Shown here: positions 17,468-27,146 of the stretch, piece after piece | Layout of the letters: every line of letters begins with the position of its first letter | Position numbering within the stretch: the first letter of the stretch is position 1 | Origin: Desulfuromonadales bacterium | GTDB lineage: Bacteria; Desulfobacterota; Desulfuromonadia; Desulfuromonadales; SZUA-540 | DNA: 64,000 nt | Assembly (NCBI GenBank): GCA_033549025.1 | Contig: JAWSUS010000001.1 | Span: forward strand, 139,685-203,684 | Direction: 5' to 3' | Translations under genes and position numbers: made by a program | The notes under the pieces: generated by a model | Told to the model about the DNA's origin: nothing | What the model saw: the letters and a program-made list of their open reading frames with translations, nothing else | Database searches by the model: none

Positions 17468-18643
17468 TTATTCACTCTCAAGGCCAACACTACTGGGGAT
17501 ATTCACTAAGCTAGAATGTAATTTCTTAGCAATCGGCAATGACATTCGTGGACAGTCAGAAAACATCTTCAGTTGTGGCATTAAATCCCAGGCAGGGCGC
17601 GTCATTACGCCGGCATCATTGGTAAGACCAAGCAAAGTGTCTCTCGCCTCAGGAGAATCTGTTTGTAACAGAATGACATTAAGCCAATAATTGCTCCGCG
17701 CGAATTCTGGCTCATTGAAGAACTTGACTCCGTTGACGTTCGAAAAAGCCTCTCGATAGCGATTCGCTAAACGACGCTTTCGTTTGAGAAATTGAGGTAA
17801 TTGTTCAAGTTGTGCACATCCCAGAGCTGAATTGATGTTAGGTAACCTGTAATTATACCCTATGGCATCGTGGACAAAAGCCCAGCGATGGGGCAATTTA
17901 GCAGTGGTTGTCAAATGTTTAGCGCGGACGCCCAACTCCTCATCGTTCGTGAGAATCGCCCCTCCCCCGCCAGTTGTAATGACCTTGTTTCCGTTGAAAC
18001 TCAGAGCTGCAATTCTACCCCAGTTGCCGGTATGCCGCCCCTTATAAAAAGAACCAAGTGATTCAGCGGCGTCCTCAATCAGTTGAAGCGAAAATTGGTC
18101 ACATACCTCGACCAAAGGATCAAGATCAACGGGATGTCCATAAGTATGCATCGGAACTACCGCTCTAATGCGACGGCCGGTCAATTTGTTAATGCACTCA
18201 CCGTTTCGTACTTCGGAGATTTCTTTGAGATAGGATTCTAAATTGACTGGATCGATGCCAAGTGTGCGCATCTCACTATCGACAAAGTGTGGAATGGCTC
18301 CCTGGTATACGACAGCATTTGCTGTTGCAACAAACGTAAGTGCGGGAATTAGTACCTCGTCATTTGGCTTTACACCACACAACACAAGAGCAATATGAAG
18401 TGCGGCGGTACCGTTTACAACGGCCACCGCTCGCTTAACACCTGTGTACTCTGCAAGCATTTGCTCAAATTGATCTACATAACTTCCTACCGAAGAGACC
18501 CACCCGGTATCAAGACATTCCTTGACATAGCGCCACTCATTCCCCCCAAAGTTTGGCTCATGTAAAGGCACAAATTGAGAGTTTGATCCAACAACACTTC
18601 GAATTGCCGCAAGAATTGACTTACTATCCATTTTCAAACTCAC
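17468..18643 (-). CDS. legC: LegC-family PLP-dependent aminotransferase
   Basis: PLHEP, GWVSSVG, EDAAESLGS, SFNGNKVITTGGGG and GYNYRLPN motifs. Confidence 0.88.
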   Translation of the reverse strand: MSLKMDSKSILAAIRSVVGSNSQFVPLHEPNFGGNEWRYVKECLDTGWVSSVGSYVDQFEQMLAEYTGVKRAVAVVNGTAALHIALVLCGVKPNDEVLIPALTFVATANAVVYQGAIPHFVDSEMRTLGIDPVNLESYLKEISEVRNGECINKLTGRRIRAVVPMHTYGHPVDLDPLVEVCDQFSLQLIEDAAESLGSFYKGRHTGNWGRIAALSFNGNKVITTGGGGAILTNDEELGVRAKHLTTTAKLPHRWAFVHDAIGYNYRLPNINSALGCAQLEQLPQFLKRKRRLANRYREAFSNVNGVKFFNEPEFARSNYWLNVILLQTDSPEARDTLLGLTNDAGVMTRPAWDLMPQLKMFSDCPRMSLPIAKKLHSSLVNIPSSVGLESE

Positions 18644-19647
18644 AGATTATAAATGTCTGCTTTATAGATTTTCAAATTCCCAGGATCTGTGAACCACTCT
18701 ATGGTTTTGGCTAACCCCCGCCGCAACCCTTCACCCCCGCCATAACGAGGTGTCCACCCTAACAGTTCTTTCGCCTTCCTATTGTCAGCCCAAAGCCTCT
18801 CCACCTCACTTTTTTCAGGTCGAATTCGCTTGTCATCTGTCACGATTTCAACCTCAACCCCCATGAGGTCGGCAATCATCTCGACCGTATTACCGATAGA
18901 CACCTCGAAATTACTGCCGACATTGATCACTTCTCCGACAGAATGTTCGGATTCGGCAACGGCGATAAATCCCTCAACTGTATCCGTGACATAATTGAAA
19001 TCTCGGGTAGGGTGTGTGGCCCCAAGCTTAAGCCTTCTCTGACCATTGGCGATCTGTGTGATAATGGTCGGGATGACTGCGCGTGCTGATTGACGTGGCC
19101 CATAAGTGTTGAAGGGGCGAATGGTCGCAACCGGAGTTTCGAATGAAGAATAAAACGACATGGCAATCTGGTCGGCACCAATCTTCGATGCAGAGTAAGG
19201 AGACTGCCCCTGCAAGGGATGCTCTTCGGTGATCGGCACGAAACGGGCCGTCCCGTAAACCTCGCTGGTCGAAGTATGTACAACCTTGGAAACCCCTAGT
19301 TCACGCGCAGCTTGCACCACGTTCAAGGTTCCCTTAACATTGGTGTCCACATAGGTATCAGGCGAATGATACGAATAGGGGATTGCTATCAGAGCGGCCA
19401 GATGCAGAACAACATCACAGCCCCTCATCGCGTGTTTGACCCCATATGGATCGCGGATGTCCCCAGCAAATACCTCAATGGACGATTTAATCTCTGGAGA
19501 GGAATGATCAAGCCACCCCCAAGAGTTAAATGAGTTATATAAAACAAAAGCCTTTACAGTGTGGCCACGTCGTACCAGTTCTTCCGTCAGATGGGAGCCG
19601 ATAAAACCATCCGCACCTGTTACCAGTATTTTCTTTCCTTTTGACAT
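18640..19647 (-). CDS. legB: NAD-dependent 4,6-dehydratase (LegB-like)
   Basis: VTGADGFIGSHL, HLAALIAIPYSY, QSPYSASK and RPFNTYGPRQSARAVIP motifs. Confidence 0.88.
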   Translation of the reverse strand: MSKGKKILVTGADGFIGSHLTEELVRRGHTVKAFVLYNSFNSWGWLDHSSPEIKSSIEVFAGDIRDPYGVKHAMRGCDVVLHLAALIAIPYSYHSPDTYVDTNVKGTLNVVQAARELGVSKVVHTSTSEVYGTARFVPITEEHPLQGQSPYSASKIGADQIAMSFYSSFETPVATIRPFNTYGPRQSARAVIPTIITQIANGQRRLKLGATHPTRDFNYVTDTVEGFIAVAESEHSVGEVINVGSNFEVSIGNTVEMIADLMGVEVEIVTDDKRIRPEKSEVERLWADNRKAKELLGWTPRYGGGEGLRRGLAKTIEWFTDPGNLKIYKADIYNL

Positions 19648-19670
19648 ATATACGCTGTCCTCTGGTTAAG

Positions 19671-20735
19671 TTAAATCAAATGGTAATATACCAATTTTCT
19701 ACGCATTTTCCATTTGCGCAGCAGATTGAACGGTTTAGGTTTCAATCCTGCCCTGCCTTGGGTAAGAAACTGGTCGACGGCCTCCAAAACACGCTGACTT
19801 GATCGCCCGTCGTTCCAAGGATGAAGAGCATGAGTGAATTGCCGTGTCGCTTTCATAAGCTCTTCAGGTCGCTGTAGTGCCTTGTTCAGGGCCGTTTCAA
19901 CCTTCTCGCTGTCTCGCACATCAATTTGCTGCGGTCCTGGGCACTTGGCCCGAAAAGTAACCAAGGGCTTGTCGAGCATCTGAAATTCAATGGCAATGGA
20001 GGAAGTATCGCAGAGCATGACATCCGCCGCACGTAGCAGTGGGACAATATCTTCGTGACTTTCAAAGAATCGCAGGTTTTTTCCGGCTAGCCCTCGATAG
20101 CGGGCTACCAGATCCGGATCGGTTTTCGGATGAAGCGTCACGAGCCAGAAAAAGTCCCCCTGCTGGGCAAGTTGCCGGATCGTCTCATACAGAAAAGGCG
20201 CTGAAGTCAGCGATGGACTGAAAGTGGAACCATAGAGCACAACCGGCTGTTTGGCATCGATACCGAGTTGGGTGTGCAGATCGGCGTCCTGCGTTTCGGA
20301 GAATAAGGGGTCGAGCTTGGGCCAACCGGTCTGGGCGACGCGAAAATATCTGTATTTTTGAGCCAATTGCTGAAAACGGCGGGTTTCTTCATCCCCCCGC
20401 GTGCAGTACAGGTCGAAAAAGCCACGAATACGGTAGTGTCCCTTTTTGCCAGTATCGTCCGTGGCGAGGCCATGGAAGACCTGCACCTTGATACCGGGAA
20501 AAAAGTCAGGGACGACGTTGCCGGGGACGAATACCGCCTGCGGCTCGAACGTTTTGACCTCTTCCACACTTTGTAGGTGGCGCTCGTGTGCCTGTAGATG
20601 GTCGGCCCCTGGTCCATCAAAGAACCAGGCCACTTCATCCCCACGCTCTATAATGGCACTCTGCAGAGGCCGTAGAATGGCCAAGGCGTAGAGTTGGGAG
20701 CCGTACATCAGGTAACGTTTTTTAGTCATGACCAT
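19671..20735 (-). CDS. CDP-glycerol glycerophosphotransferase (TagF-like) family protein
   Basis: QVFHGL, TGWPKLD, LHPK and DTSS motifs; LPS core context. Confidence 0.72.
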   Translation of the reverse strand: MVMTKKRYLMYGSQLYALAILRPLQSAIIERGDEVAWFFDGPGADHLQAHERHLQSVEEVKTFEPQAVFVPGNVVPDFFPGIKVQVFHGLATDDTGKKGHYRIRGFFDLYCTRGDEETRRFQQLAQKYRYFRVAQTGWPKLDPLFSETQDADLHTQLGIDAKQPVVLYGSTFSPSLTSAPFLYETIRQLAQQGDFFWLVTLHPKTDPDLVARYRGLAGKNLRFFESHEDIVPLLRAADVMLCDTSSIAIEFQMLDKPLVTFRAKCPGPQQIDVRDSEKVETALNKALQRPEELMKATRQFTHALHPWNDGRSSQRVLEAVDQFLTQGRAGLKPKPFNLLRKWKMRRKLVYYHLI

Positions 20736-20783
20736 TTCATATCCAATCGGCGAGAACTAAAATCCCTGTTCAGACCGAGCTGC

Positions 20784-21878
20784 CTAACCCGCAAGCAGTG
20801 ATTGAAAAAACGCAAGATAGTGCTCCGCCGTGCGTTCGCAGGAGAGATCGCTTCCTATCTTTTGCCGGCATCTTCTGGACATATCCTTGAGCAATTCCGG
20901 TTTCTCGTGAAGCTCACGGACTTTATCCGCTATAGACTCCGGATCATGAGTCGGCACAACAAAGCCGGTCACGCCATTTTCGACCACCTCTTTTCCTCCC
21001 CCAGTCGTGGTGATGATTGGCGGCGTGCCACATCCCATGGACTCCATGACGGCCCGCGGCAGCCCTTCCCCGCTGATGGATGGCTGCACGAGTACGTCAC
21101 TGGCGGTGATCAATGCCGGCACATCCTGGCGATAGCCTGCCACATGGATGCGGCCTGCCATGCTATTCTGGCTAATGAGGTCGCGATATCCGTCCATATT
21201 TTTGCCGACGAGAAGCAGGTGCAGATTGGCGATGTCGGCCAATTGATCGACCGCCTGCAGCAGGACGGGTACCCCCTTGCTGGGACGGGCATTTACGGCG
21301 CAGATTACGACAAAATCACCGGCTGTGATACCAAATTCTTCCAGATCGGCGGGTGGAGTATCGTACCAGGAGAGATTGTGCCCCTTATGGATCGCCACCA
21401 TCTTGTCCTTGTTTTTCCAGACCCGCCGCAGCATATCTTCCCGCACCGCTTCGGAAACGCAGACGATGCCGTCGACCCGGGGATGCAGATGGGTCAGATA
21501 GGCAGAAGGATCGTGGCGATACAGCCCCCCCGTCGTACCACGATAGGTGACGACCTTGACATCAAAACCGATGGCGGCAAAAGCGCCATTCGGGATCGAT
21601 TTGGAATTGGTGGCATAAAGAATGTCGTACCTTGTGCGTCTAAGCTCCTCTCGCACGGTTTGGATAGCCTTCCAGGAAATCTTTTTGCGTGGCTGACAAT
21701 CGACAACCCTGATGCCCTGGGACTGATATATGCGGCCGTATTCAGAGTCCTTGTCGGTCAGAATCGTGACCTGATGACCCATTTTGGCAAAATGAATAAA
21801 CATCTCCGCTTCGGGACGGATGCTGTTCAGTGAGCTTCTGGAGTCCGTAAAAACAAGGATATTCATGCAACCCGTCAT
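20784..21878 (-). CDS. Glycosyltransferase family 4
   Basis: EGLPRAVMESM (EX7E) and SKG motifs. Confidence 0.85.
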   Translation of the reverse strand: MTGCMNILVFTDSRSSLNSIRPEAEMFIHFAKMGHQVTILTDKDSEYGRIYQSQGIRVVDCQPRKKISWKAIQTVREELRRTRYDILYATNSKSIPNGAFAAIGFDVKVVTYRGTTGGLYRHDPSAYLTHLHPRVDGIVCVSEAVREDMLRRVWKNKDKMVAIHKGHNLSWYDTPPADLEEFGITAGDFVVICAVNARPSKGVPVLLQAVDQLADIANLHLLLVGKNMDGYRDLISQNSMAGRIHVAGYRQDVPALITASDVLVQPSISGEGLPRAVMESMGCGTPPIITTTGGGKEVVENGVTGFVVPTHDPESIADKVRELHEKPELLKDMSRRCRQKIGSDLSCERTAEHYLAFFQSLLAG

Positions 21879-22669
21879 CCGTCCTGAGTTTTGCCCTGCA
21901 GTCGGTCCTGACGCTGCAGCGTCCAGAGCCCAGCATATTTGTTGAACGCTACCTGACTGTACATCACCGCCATCAAAAAACCAACTGACCCGTCAAGAAA
22001 GCCCCCCCGCAGAATATAGACCTGCAGAAAAACGAGGATGCCCCTCGCGGTGGCACCGACCAGCCCCCCACCCTTCTTGCCGGCGTCATGGCGTTGTTTG
22101 GCGCCCAGCCAGGCGTAATGGGCGTTTTTGTAGAGCGTCTCCCCGAAATGCCGGTGAGTGAAATGGAGGAGTCGCCCCTTCATGGTGCCGACCTTACCGG
22201 GTGGCAACAACACCGTTTCATGGACCTGGGCATCGGTGAAGCGGGAGCCTTCGCGCCGAAACAGCCGCAAGGGGGCGCGGGCACTGCGACCATGATCCAG
22301 TCGCTTGCCAAAAATGGTCACGGCCCAAGGCAGGCAGTAAGCTACTTCTTGCGGATTACCATCGAGCATTGCGGCTATTTCCTGCTGAAGTTCGGGCGTG
22401 AGAACCTCGTCGGAATCGATGGCCAGAACCCAGTCGCCTGTGGCTTTTTCGAGGGCACGCTGCTTTTGTGGTCCATAGCCGGGCCAGTCGGTGACCCAGA
22501 CCTTGTCTGTATAGCGTCGGGCGACCTCAACGGTGTGATCCGTACTGCCACTGTCAAGAACGATAATCTCATCCGCTAACTCTTGGACAGAATCAAGACA
22601 GCTGCCAAGACGGTCTTCCTCATTTTTGGTGATGACCGTGACCGAAAGGGACTGGCGGCGCTTTGTCAT
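21875..22669 (-). CDS. Glycosyltransferase family 2 (LPS core, WaaE/KdtX-like)
   Basis: ITKNEE, LDSGSTD, GYGPQKQRA, IDSDE, VHE and GFLDG motifs. Confidence 0.88.
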   Translation of the reverse strand: MTKRRQSLSVTVITKNEEDRLGSCLDSVQELADEIIVLDSGSTDHTVEVARRYTDKVWVTDWPGYGPQKQRALEKATGDWVLAIDSDEVLTPELQQEIAAMLDGNPQEVAYCLPWAVTIFGKRLDHGRSARAPLRLFRREGSRFTDAQVHETVLLPPGKVGTMKGRLLHFTHRHFGETLYKNAHYAWLGAKQRHDAGKKGGGLVGATARGILVFLQVYILRGGFLDGSVGFLMAVMYSQVAFNKYAGLWTLQRQDRLQGKTQDG

Positions 22670-23946
22670 GCACGCTCCTTCATTGGTTCGGAATCAAGAA
22701 CTTCGATTGATGTATCAGGGCCTGCATACACGCCGGTTGAAAAAACGAGCAGGCATACCACATACGAGGTGAGCAGAGGAGAACGCGCTGTCCAGGCCTC
22801 ACTCAGTCCAAAAACGGCAAAACTGAGCAAACAGCCCAAACCCGCGGCCACGGGGAAGGTCACTGAACTCATTTTACCCCCTTGCGTTTTCCGAAAATAC
22901 GCCACAGAGGGGACAACGAACAGTCCCCCCACCAGAGCCAGCAGACCAACCAGACCGGTGGTCGCCAGCAGCTCAAAATAGATGCTGTGGGCATGGGGCC
23001 ATACTGTATTCAACCGCGTTTCGCCCGCATCGATTATTTGGTCGATATCGTGGGAATAGTCGCCAAGCCCCGTTCCCAGAAGCAGATGTTCCTTCCAGAT
23101 ATCAATAGCGAGGTCCCATAAGAGGAAACGTGAACCAAGAGAGGTATTTACCTTGTCTCCTGAGCGATAGTTGACGATATCTTCATAAGCGTGGGTTATC
23201 CTCTCCCTGACGGGATTGTGGCTGACGGTCATGCCCGTTGCCATAACAAAAAAAACGGCCAGGATGAGGACACGGAACCGGCGGGCCAGAGCTGAACGGA
23301 AAAGCCAGAGATACAGCGCCACCAAAAACGGCAACGCCAGCCAACCACCACGCGACCCAGAGAGACCGGAAGCGACGAGAGCGCTACACAGGGATAGCAG
23401 TGTTAAAACCCAGAGCATTCGGGAGCGGGGAGAAAAACAGAGCGAAGCCCCAAGCACCCCGGCAATCAATACGGCCTGGTCACCGAAAACAATAGGGTGA
23501 TAGGCCCCAGCGCTGCGGGAAGCTGTTTCAATGACGGCCTGGTAAAGTGAAACGGCCAACATCCAGGGCCCGGCCAAAAGACATCCCCAGAAAAAGGGGC
23601 GAACCAGACTGACATTCAACTGCCGGAGCGAAAGATAAATGGGGATGAAGGCCAATATTCGTGCTACTTTTTCCAGCCGGCTGAAACCGTTCTTCAGATC
23701 ATCCGCATTCACAAGACTCAGGACAGAGACAGCGAAAAAAGACAGCATTCCCAAAAGCATGGCCTTTTCCCAAAAATCCAGATCTCTCCAGCCTCCCTTG
23801 CAGCCAGCAAATCCAACCAGAAGCAGGAGAACAAAAAGAATGGAACCGGCGTGGTCAACGGTCGCCAAGAGTCCGGGGAAAAGAAAAACGGATCCTGCCG
23901 CAGCCCAGGTCAGCCATCTGCCAGAGGACGGCTTTGCGGTGATCAT
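22666..23946 (-). CDS. waaL: O-antigen ligase family protein
   Basis: Polytopic membrane protein with SGSRGGWLA, TSLGSRF, GTGLG and HAHSIY...GLVG. Confidence 0.87.
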   Translation of the reverse strand: MITAKPSSGRWLTWAAAGSVFLFPGLLATVDHAGSILFVLLLLVGFAGCKGGWRDLDFWEKAMLLGMLSFFAVSVLSLVNADDLKNGFSRLEKVARILAFIPIYLSLRQLNVSLVRPFFWGCLLAGPWMLAVSLYQAVIETASRSAGAYHPIVFGDQAVLIAGVLGASLCFSPRSRMLWVLTLLSLCSALVASGLSGSRGGWLALPFLVALYLWLFRSALARRFRVLILAVFFVMATGMTVSHNPVRERITHAYEDIVNYRSGDKVNTSLGSRFLLWDLAIDIWKEHLLLGTGLGDYSHDIDQIIDAGETRLNTVWPHAHSIYFELLATTGLVGLLALVGGLFVVPSVAYFRKTQGGKMSSVTFPVAAGLGCLLSFAVFGLSEAWTARSPLLTSYVVCLLVFSTGVYAGPDTSIEVLDSEPMKERA

Positions 23947-24113
23947 CAGAGTGTTTCAGCCTCATCCATCAGCATCACCGGGATTTCATCCCGGATGGGG
24001 AAACCCAGGCGGCAGGGTTCACAGACCAGCCGACTCTCGGGTACTTCATAGCGCACCACCCCCTTGCATTGCGGGCAGGCGAGGAGTTCCAGAAGTTCTT
24101 TATTCAGGGACAT
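23946..24113 (-). CDS. Trm112/YcaR-like small protein
   Basis: MSLNKELLELLACPQCKG...LVC..C...FPIRDEIPVML; follows lpxK as is typical. Confidence 0.88.
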   Translation of the reverse strand: MSLNKELLELLACPQCKGVVRYEVPESRLVCEPCRLGFPIRDEIPVMLMDEAETL

Positions 24114-25194
24114 GTTCTCTCCCGGGTATGAGTTGGTGGAGTTTTTGAAAGAAGCGTTTCTCCTCGAAAAGTTGAACGGCGAGGGGAACCTGATAGCAGG
24201 GGATGCCAAAATCGGTCTGGTCCAGTTTCACGGCGTCCTTTTCGGTGGTGACCAGATAATCCGCCTCTTTCGCGAGGCATCTAAGCCGCTTCAGCAACTG
24301 TTCATCATAAACCACATGATCGGACAGGGCAAGGTTTTCGGCGAGCCGAAGTCCTTTGGCGGCAAGCGCCCCAAAGAAGGAAATCGGGTCGGCGATTCCG
24401 GCAAAGGCCACTCCTTTTTTTGTCTGCAGACGCGTCAGCGGAACGACATCGCCGGTAAGACTGGTTGCCTCGGATGCCAGCAGATGTTGACTATAAAAAG
24501 CGGGCTTTTTGCCTTGATGACGAGGGATGGAGGGAGGATTTGAAACTTCTGGACAGCGGGTAAAAACCAGCAGGTCGGCCCTTTTCACGGCAGAGGGAAA
24601 CTCCCGCAGCAGGCCGGCCGGCAGAACCTGGCCGTTGCCCAGGGGCTTGCTGCCGTCAAGGAGCAGGATATCCACATCGCGCTGAACGGCAAGATGCTGA
24701 AAGCCGTCATCGAGAATGATCAGTTCGGCCTGGTAGTGTTCTACGGCGGTGCGGACGCCATCAGCCCTTTTGCGGGCGACAAAAACCAGCGCTTGCGGAT
24801 TTCGCCGGGCCAACAGAAAGGGTTCGTCACCACATAGATCGGCGGTCAGTTGCGGCCCTTCGCCGGCACTCACTACACCTACCCCTTCCTTCAGCGTTCC
24901 ACCATACCCCCGACTGACCACAGCAACCCGCAATCCCTTCGCCAGAAAGTGCTTGACGATGGCATCAACCACAGGTGTCTTGCCGGTACCGCCGGCGGTA
25001 ATATTGCCCACCGACAAAACAGGTACCGAAGCTCGAAAAGACGGGAGAATGCCCCACCGGTACAGGGGGGCTCGACCAAGCCCAGCCAGGCCATAGAGCC
25101 AGCCAAGGGGGATAAGGAGGCCAAGCAGAAGACGATCCAGTACTCCCTGAGGTCCTTTTAGCACCAGGCGTCTATGCCAGAACACAATACTCAC
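24100..25194 (-). CDS. lpxK: Tetraacyldisaccharide 4'-kinase
   Basis: VGNITAGGTGKTP, SRGYG, GDEP, LDDGFQH and TTEKDAVK motifs. Confidence 0.96.
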   Translation of the reverse strand: MSIVFWHRRLVLKGPQGVLDRLLLGLLIPLGWLYGLAGLGRAPLYRWGILPSFRASVPVLSVGNITAGGTGKTPVVDAIVKHFLAKGLRVAVVSRGYGGTLKEGVGVVSAGEGPQLTADLCGDEPFLLARRNPQALVFVARKRADGVRTAVEHYQAELIILDDGFQHLAVQRDVDILLLDGSKPLGNGQVLPAGLLREFPSAVKRADLLVFTRCPEVSNPPSIPRHQGKKPAFYSQHLLASEATSLTGDVVPLTRLQTKKGVAFAGIADPISFFGALAAKGLRLAENLALSDHVVYDEQLLKRLRCLAKEADYLVTTEKDAVKLDQTDFGIPCYQVPLAVQLFEEKRFFQKLHQLIPGREHVPE

Positions 25195-25196
25195 GT

Positions 25197-26489
25197 TTAA
25201 GATTCCAGGAAGGATTTCATCACGTCGAGGGTCTTGCGCGTGGCGCCGGCATTGCTGGCCAGCACGCCGTTACCATTATTCCCGAGGACGCGGCGGGCGC
25301 GGCTGTCCTTCAAAAGTTTGCGGACCTGAAGGACCAGATCCTGCCTGTCCGCCACCTGGACGCCCCCTTTGGCGGTAAGCAACAGGTGGGAGATTTCCTT
25401 GAAGTTGTGCATGTAGGGCCCGAACAGCACGGGTTTTTTCAGCAGGGCGGGCTCCAGAATGTTGTGACCGCCAACTGGGACAAGGCTGCCGCCGACAAAC
25501 ACCAGATCCGCCGTCGCATAGAGATCGAGCATTTCTCCCATCGTATCGACGAGTAGGACTTCGCCGGGTGCCACCCTCTTCATCCCCTGTTCCAGAGAAC
25601 TGCGAAGGACGTAAGGGATCTTTTCGCTGGCCAGCAGTTCCCCCACGATCTTACAGCGTTCTACATGCCGTGGCACCAGCACCAAAACGACATCGAGCCC
25701 CTCGGTGACCAGTTGCCGATAGGCTTCGACAAGGATCTCGTTTTCGCCCGAGCGGGTACTGCCAGCCACCCAGATCATCGTCTCTTCAGGCAGCCGGAAC
25801 TTTTCCTTGAGTGCGGTGATGCGGGCCGGTTCGGGCGCCACGACCTGCATATCGAATTTGAGATTGCCGGGGACGCCAACACGCTCGGAGGGGGCGCCGA
25901 GATAGTGGATGCGCTGCGCGTCGGTCTCACTCTGCATGCATAAAGAGGAAAAGTTCTGGAGAACGGGGCGTAGCAGGGGCCGAATGAGCTTGTAGCGCGG
26001 GAAGGAACGATCGGAGATGCGGCCGTTGACAAGGACTATGGGAATCCCGGCTTTTTTAGCCTCGTGAAGGAAATTGGGCCAGATTTCGGTCTCGACGATG
26101 ACAAGCAGGTCCAGAGGAAGTTGGCGGAAAATGCGGCGAGCAACCCAGGAAAGGTCATAAGGAAAAAAAACACACAGATCAGCGAGGCCGGAGTTCCGCG
26201 CGATGGTCTGCCCGGTAAAAGTCATGGTCGACAGAATAAGGGAAGACTCCGGATAGGCCTCCTTGACCTGACGCAGCAGTGGCATGGCTGCCCGCACCTC
26301 TCCCACGGAGACGGCATGGACCCAAATGAGCGGCTTCCCCTGCAGATCGGCCAGACGCTCCCGGGAGTAGAAGCCGATCCGCTCCCCCATTCCACGCCAG
26401 CCGTTGCCGTGCCTTAACCCCTTGAGCAGCGCATAGGGAAGCAGCACCACGCTGGCCAGCAGCAATATGACATCATACAGCAGATACAC
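25197..26489 (-). CDS. waaA: Kdo transferase
   Basis: WVHAVSVGE, VETEIWPN, NGRISDRS, GNLKFD and GGHNILEPA; GTG start with GGAG upstream. Confidence 0.95.
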   Translation of the reverse strand: MYLLYDVILLLASVVLLPYALLKGLRHGNGWRGMGERIGFYSRERLADLQGKPLIWVHAVSVGEVRAAMPLLRQVKEAYPESSLILSTMTFTGQTIARNSGLADLCVFFPYDLSWVARRIFRQLPLDLLVIVETEIWPNFLHEAKKAGIPIVLVNGRISDRSFPRYKLIRPLLRPVLQNFSSLCMQSETDAQRIHYLGAPSERVGVPGNLKFDMQVVAPEPARITALKEKFRLPEETMIWVAGSTRSGENEILVEAYRQLVTEGLDVVLVLVPRHVERCKIVGELLASEKIPYVLRSSLEQGMKRVAPGEVLLVDTMGEMLDLYATADLVFVGGSLVPVGGHNILEPALLKKPVLFGPYMHNFKEISHLLLTAKGGVQVADRQDLVLQVRKLLKDSRARRVLGNNGNGVLASNAGATRKTLDVMKSFLES

Positions 26490-27144
26490 CACAGCTCTCC
26501 AAGTGGGCACGGGCCTGTTTCTCATTCTCTTCCATTGCGGCCTGCAGTCGCTGTCCGAAGGCTTCCACCGATTCATCGCTTTCGTAAATCATAGGTTTGC
26601 CAAATGAGTACACCCCGCGACCAAAAGGGTATGGGAGCAAAAAGCGGTCCCACGAGGCAAGGCGATGTCCCCGGCTGGCGGCAAAAGCCATCGGAACGAC
26701 ATGCCGGCCGCTCAGGCGGGCCAGCTGGACGACCCCTTCTTTCACTTCATGGCGCGGGCCACGCGGGCCGTCGGGGGTAATCACCAGATCAAAGGGCTCT
26801 TTGGCCAGGCTCAGCAGATGCCGAAATGCCGCCCGCCCCCCGCGGGAGGAGGACCCACGCACGGCATCCTGACCGAAATAGGCCATGGTACGGGCGATCA
26901 ATTCCCCATCCTTGGAGGCGCTGATGAGGATCTTCGCTCCCGGCCCATGGTAGCCACAAGCCATGAGCAGCAGCTGGTCGTGCCAGAAGGAAAGGATAAC
27001 CTGCTCCCCCCGATCCCAGAATCCCTGGGGATGCTCTGCGCCTACCGTATCGATACGAAGGGACCAATACAGAAAGCGGATCAGCACGGCGCCCACAAAA
27101 GGCACCACGGCCAGCAGTAATTTGTCGAGAAAATTCTTCAGCAT
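26473..27144 (-). CDS. DUF374 / lysophospholipid acyltransferase family (LpxJ-like)
   Basis: SFWH, ISASKDGE, RGSSSRGG, ITPDGPRGP and SWDRFLLP motifs. Confidence 0.85.
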   Translation of the reverse strand: MLKNFLDKLLLAVVPFVGAVLIRFLYWSLRIDTVGAEHPQGFWDRGEQVILSFWHDQLLLMACGYHGPGAKILISASKDGELIARTMAYFGQDAVRGSSSRGGRAAFRHLLSLAKEPFDLVITPDGPRGPRHEVKEGVVQLARLSGRHVVPMAFAASRGHRLASWDRFLLPYPFGRGVYSFGKPMIYESDESVEAFGQRLQAAMEENEKQARAHLESCGVSAV

Positions 27145-27146
27145 TA

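Noticed and set aside
26163..26170. A8 run in waaA as a phase-variable tract
   Set aside because: It is short, in frame (encodes VFF), and lies in a normally essential gene.
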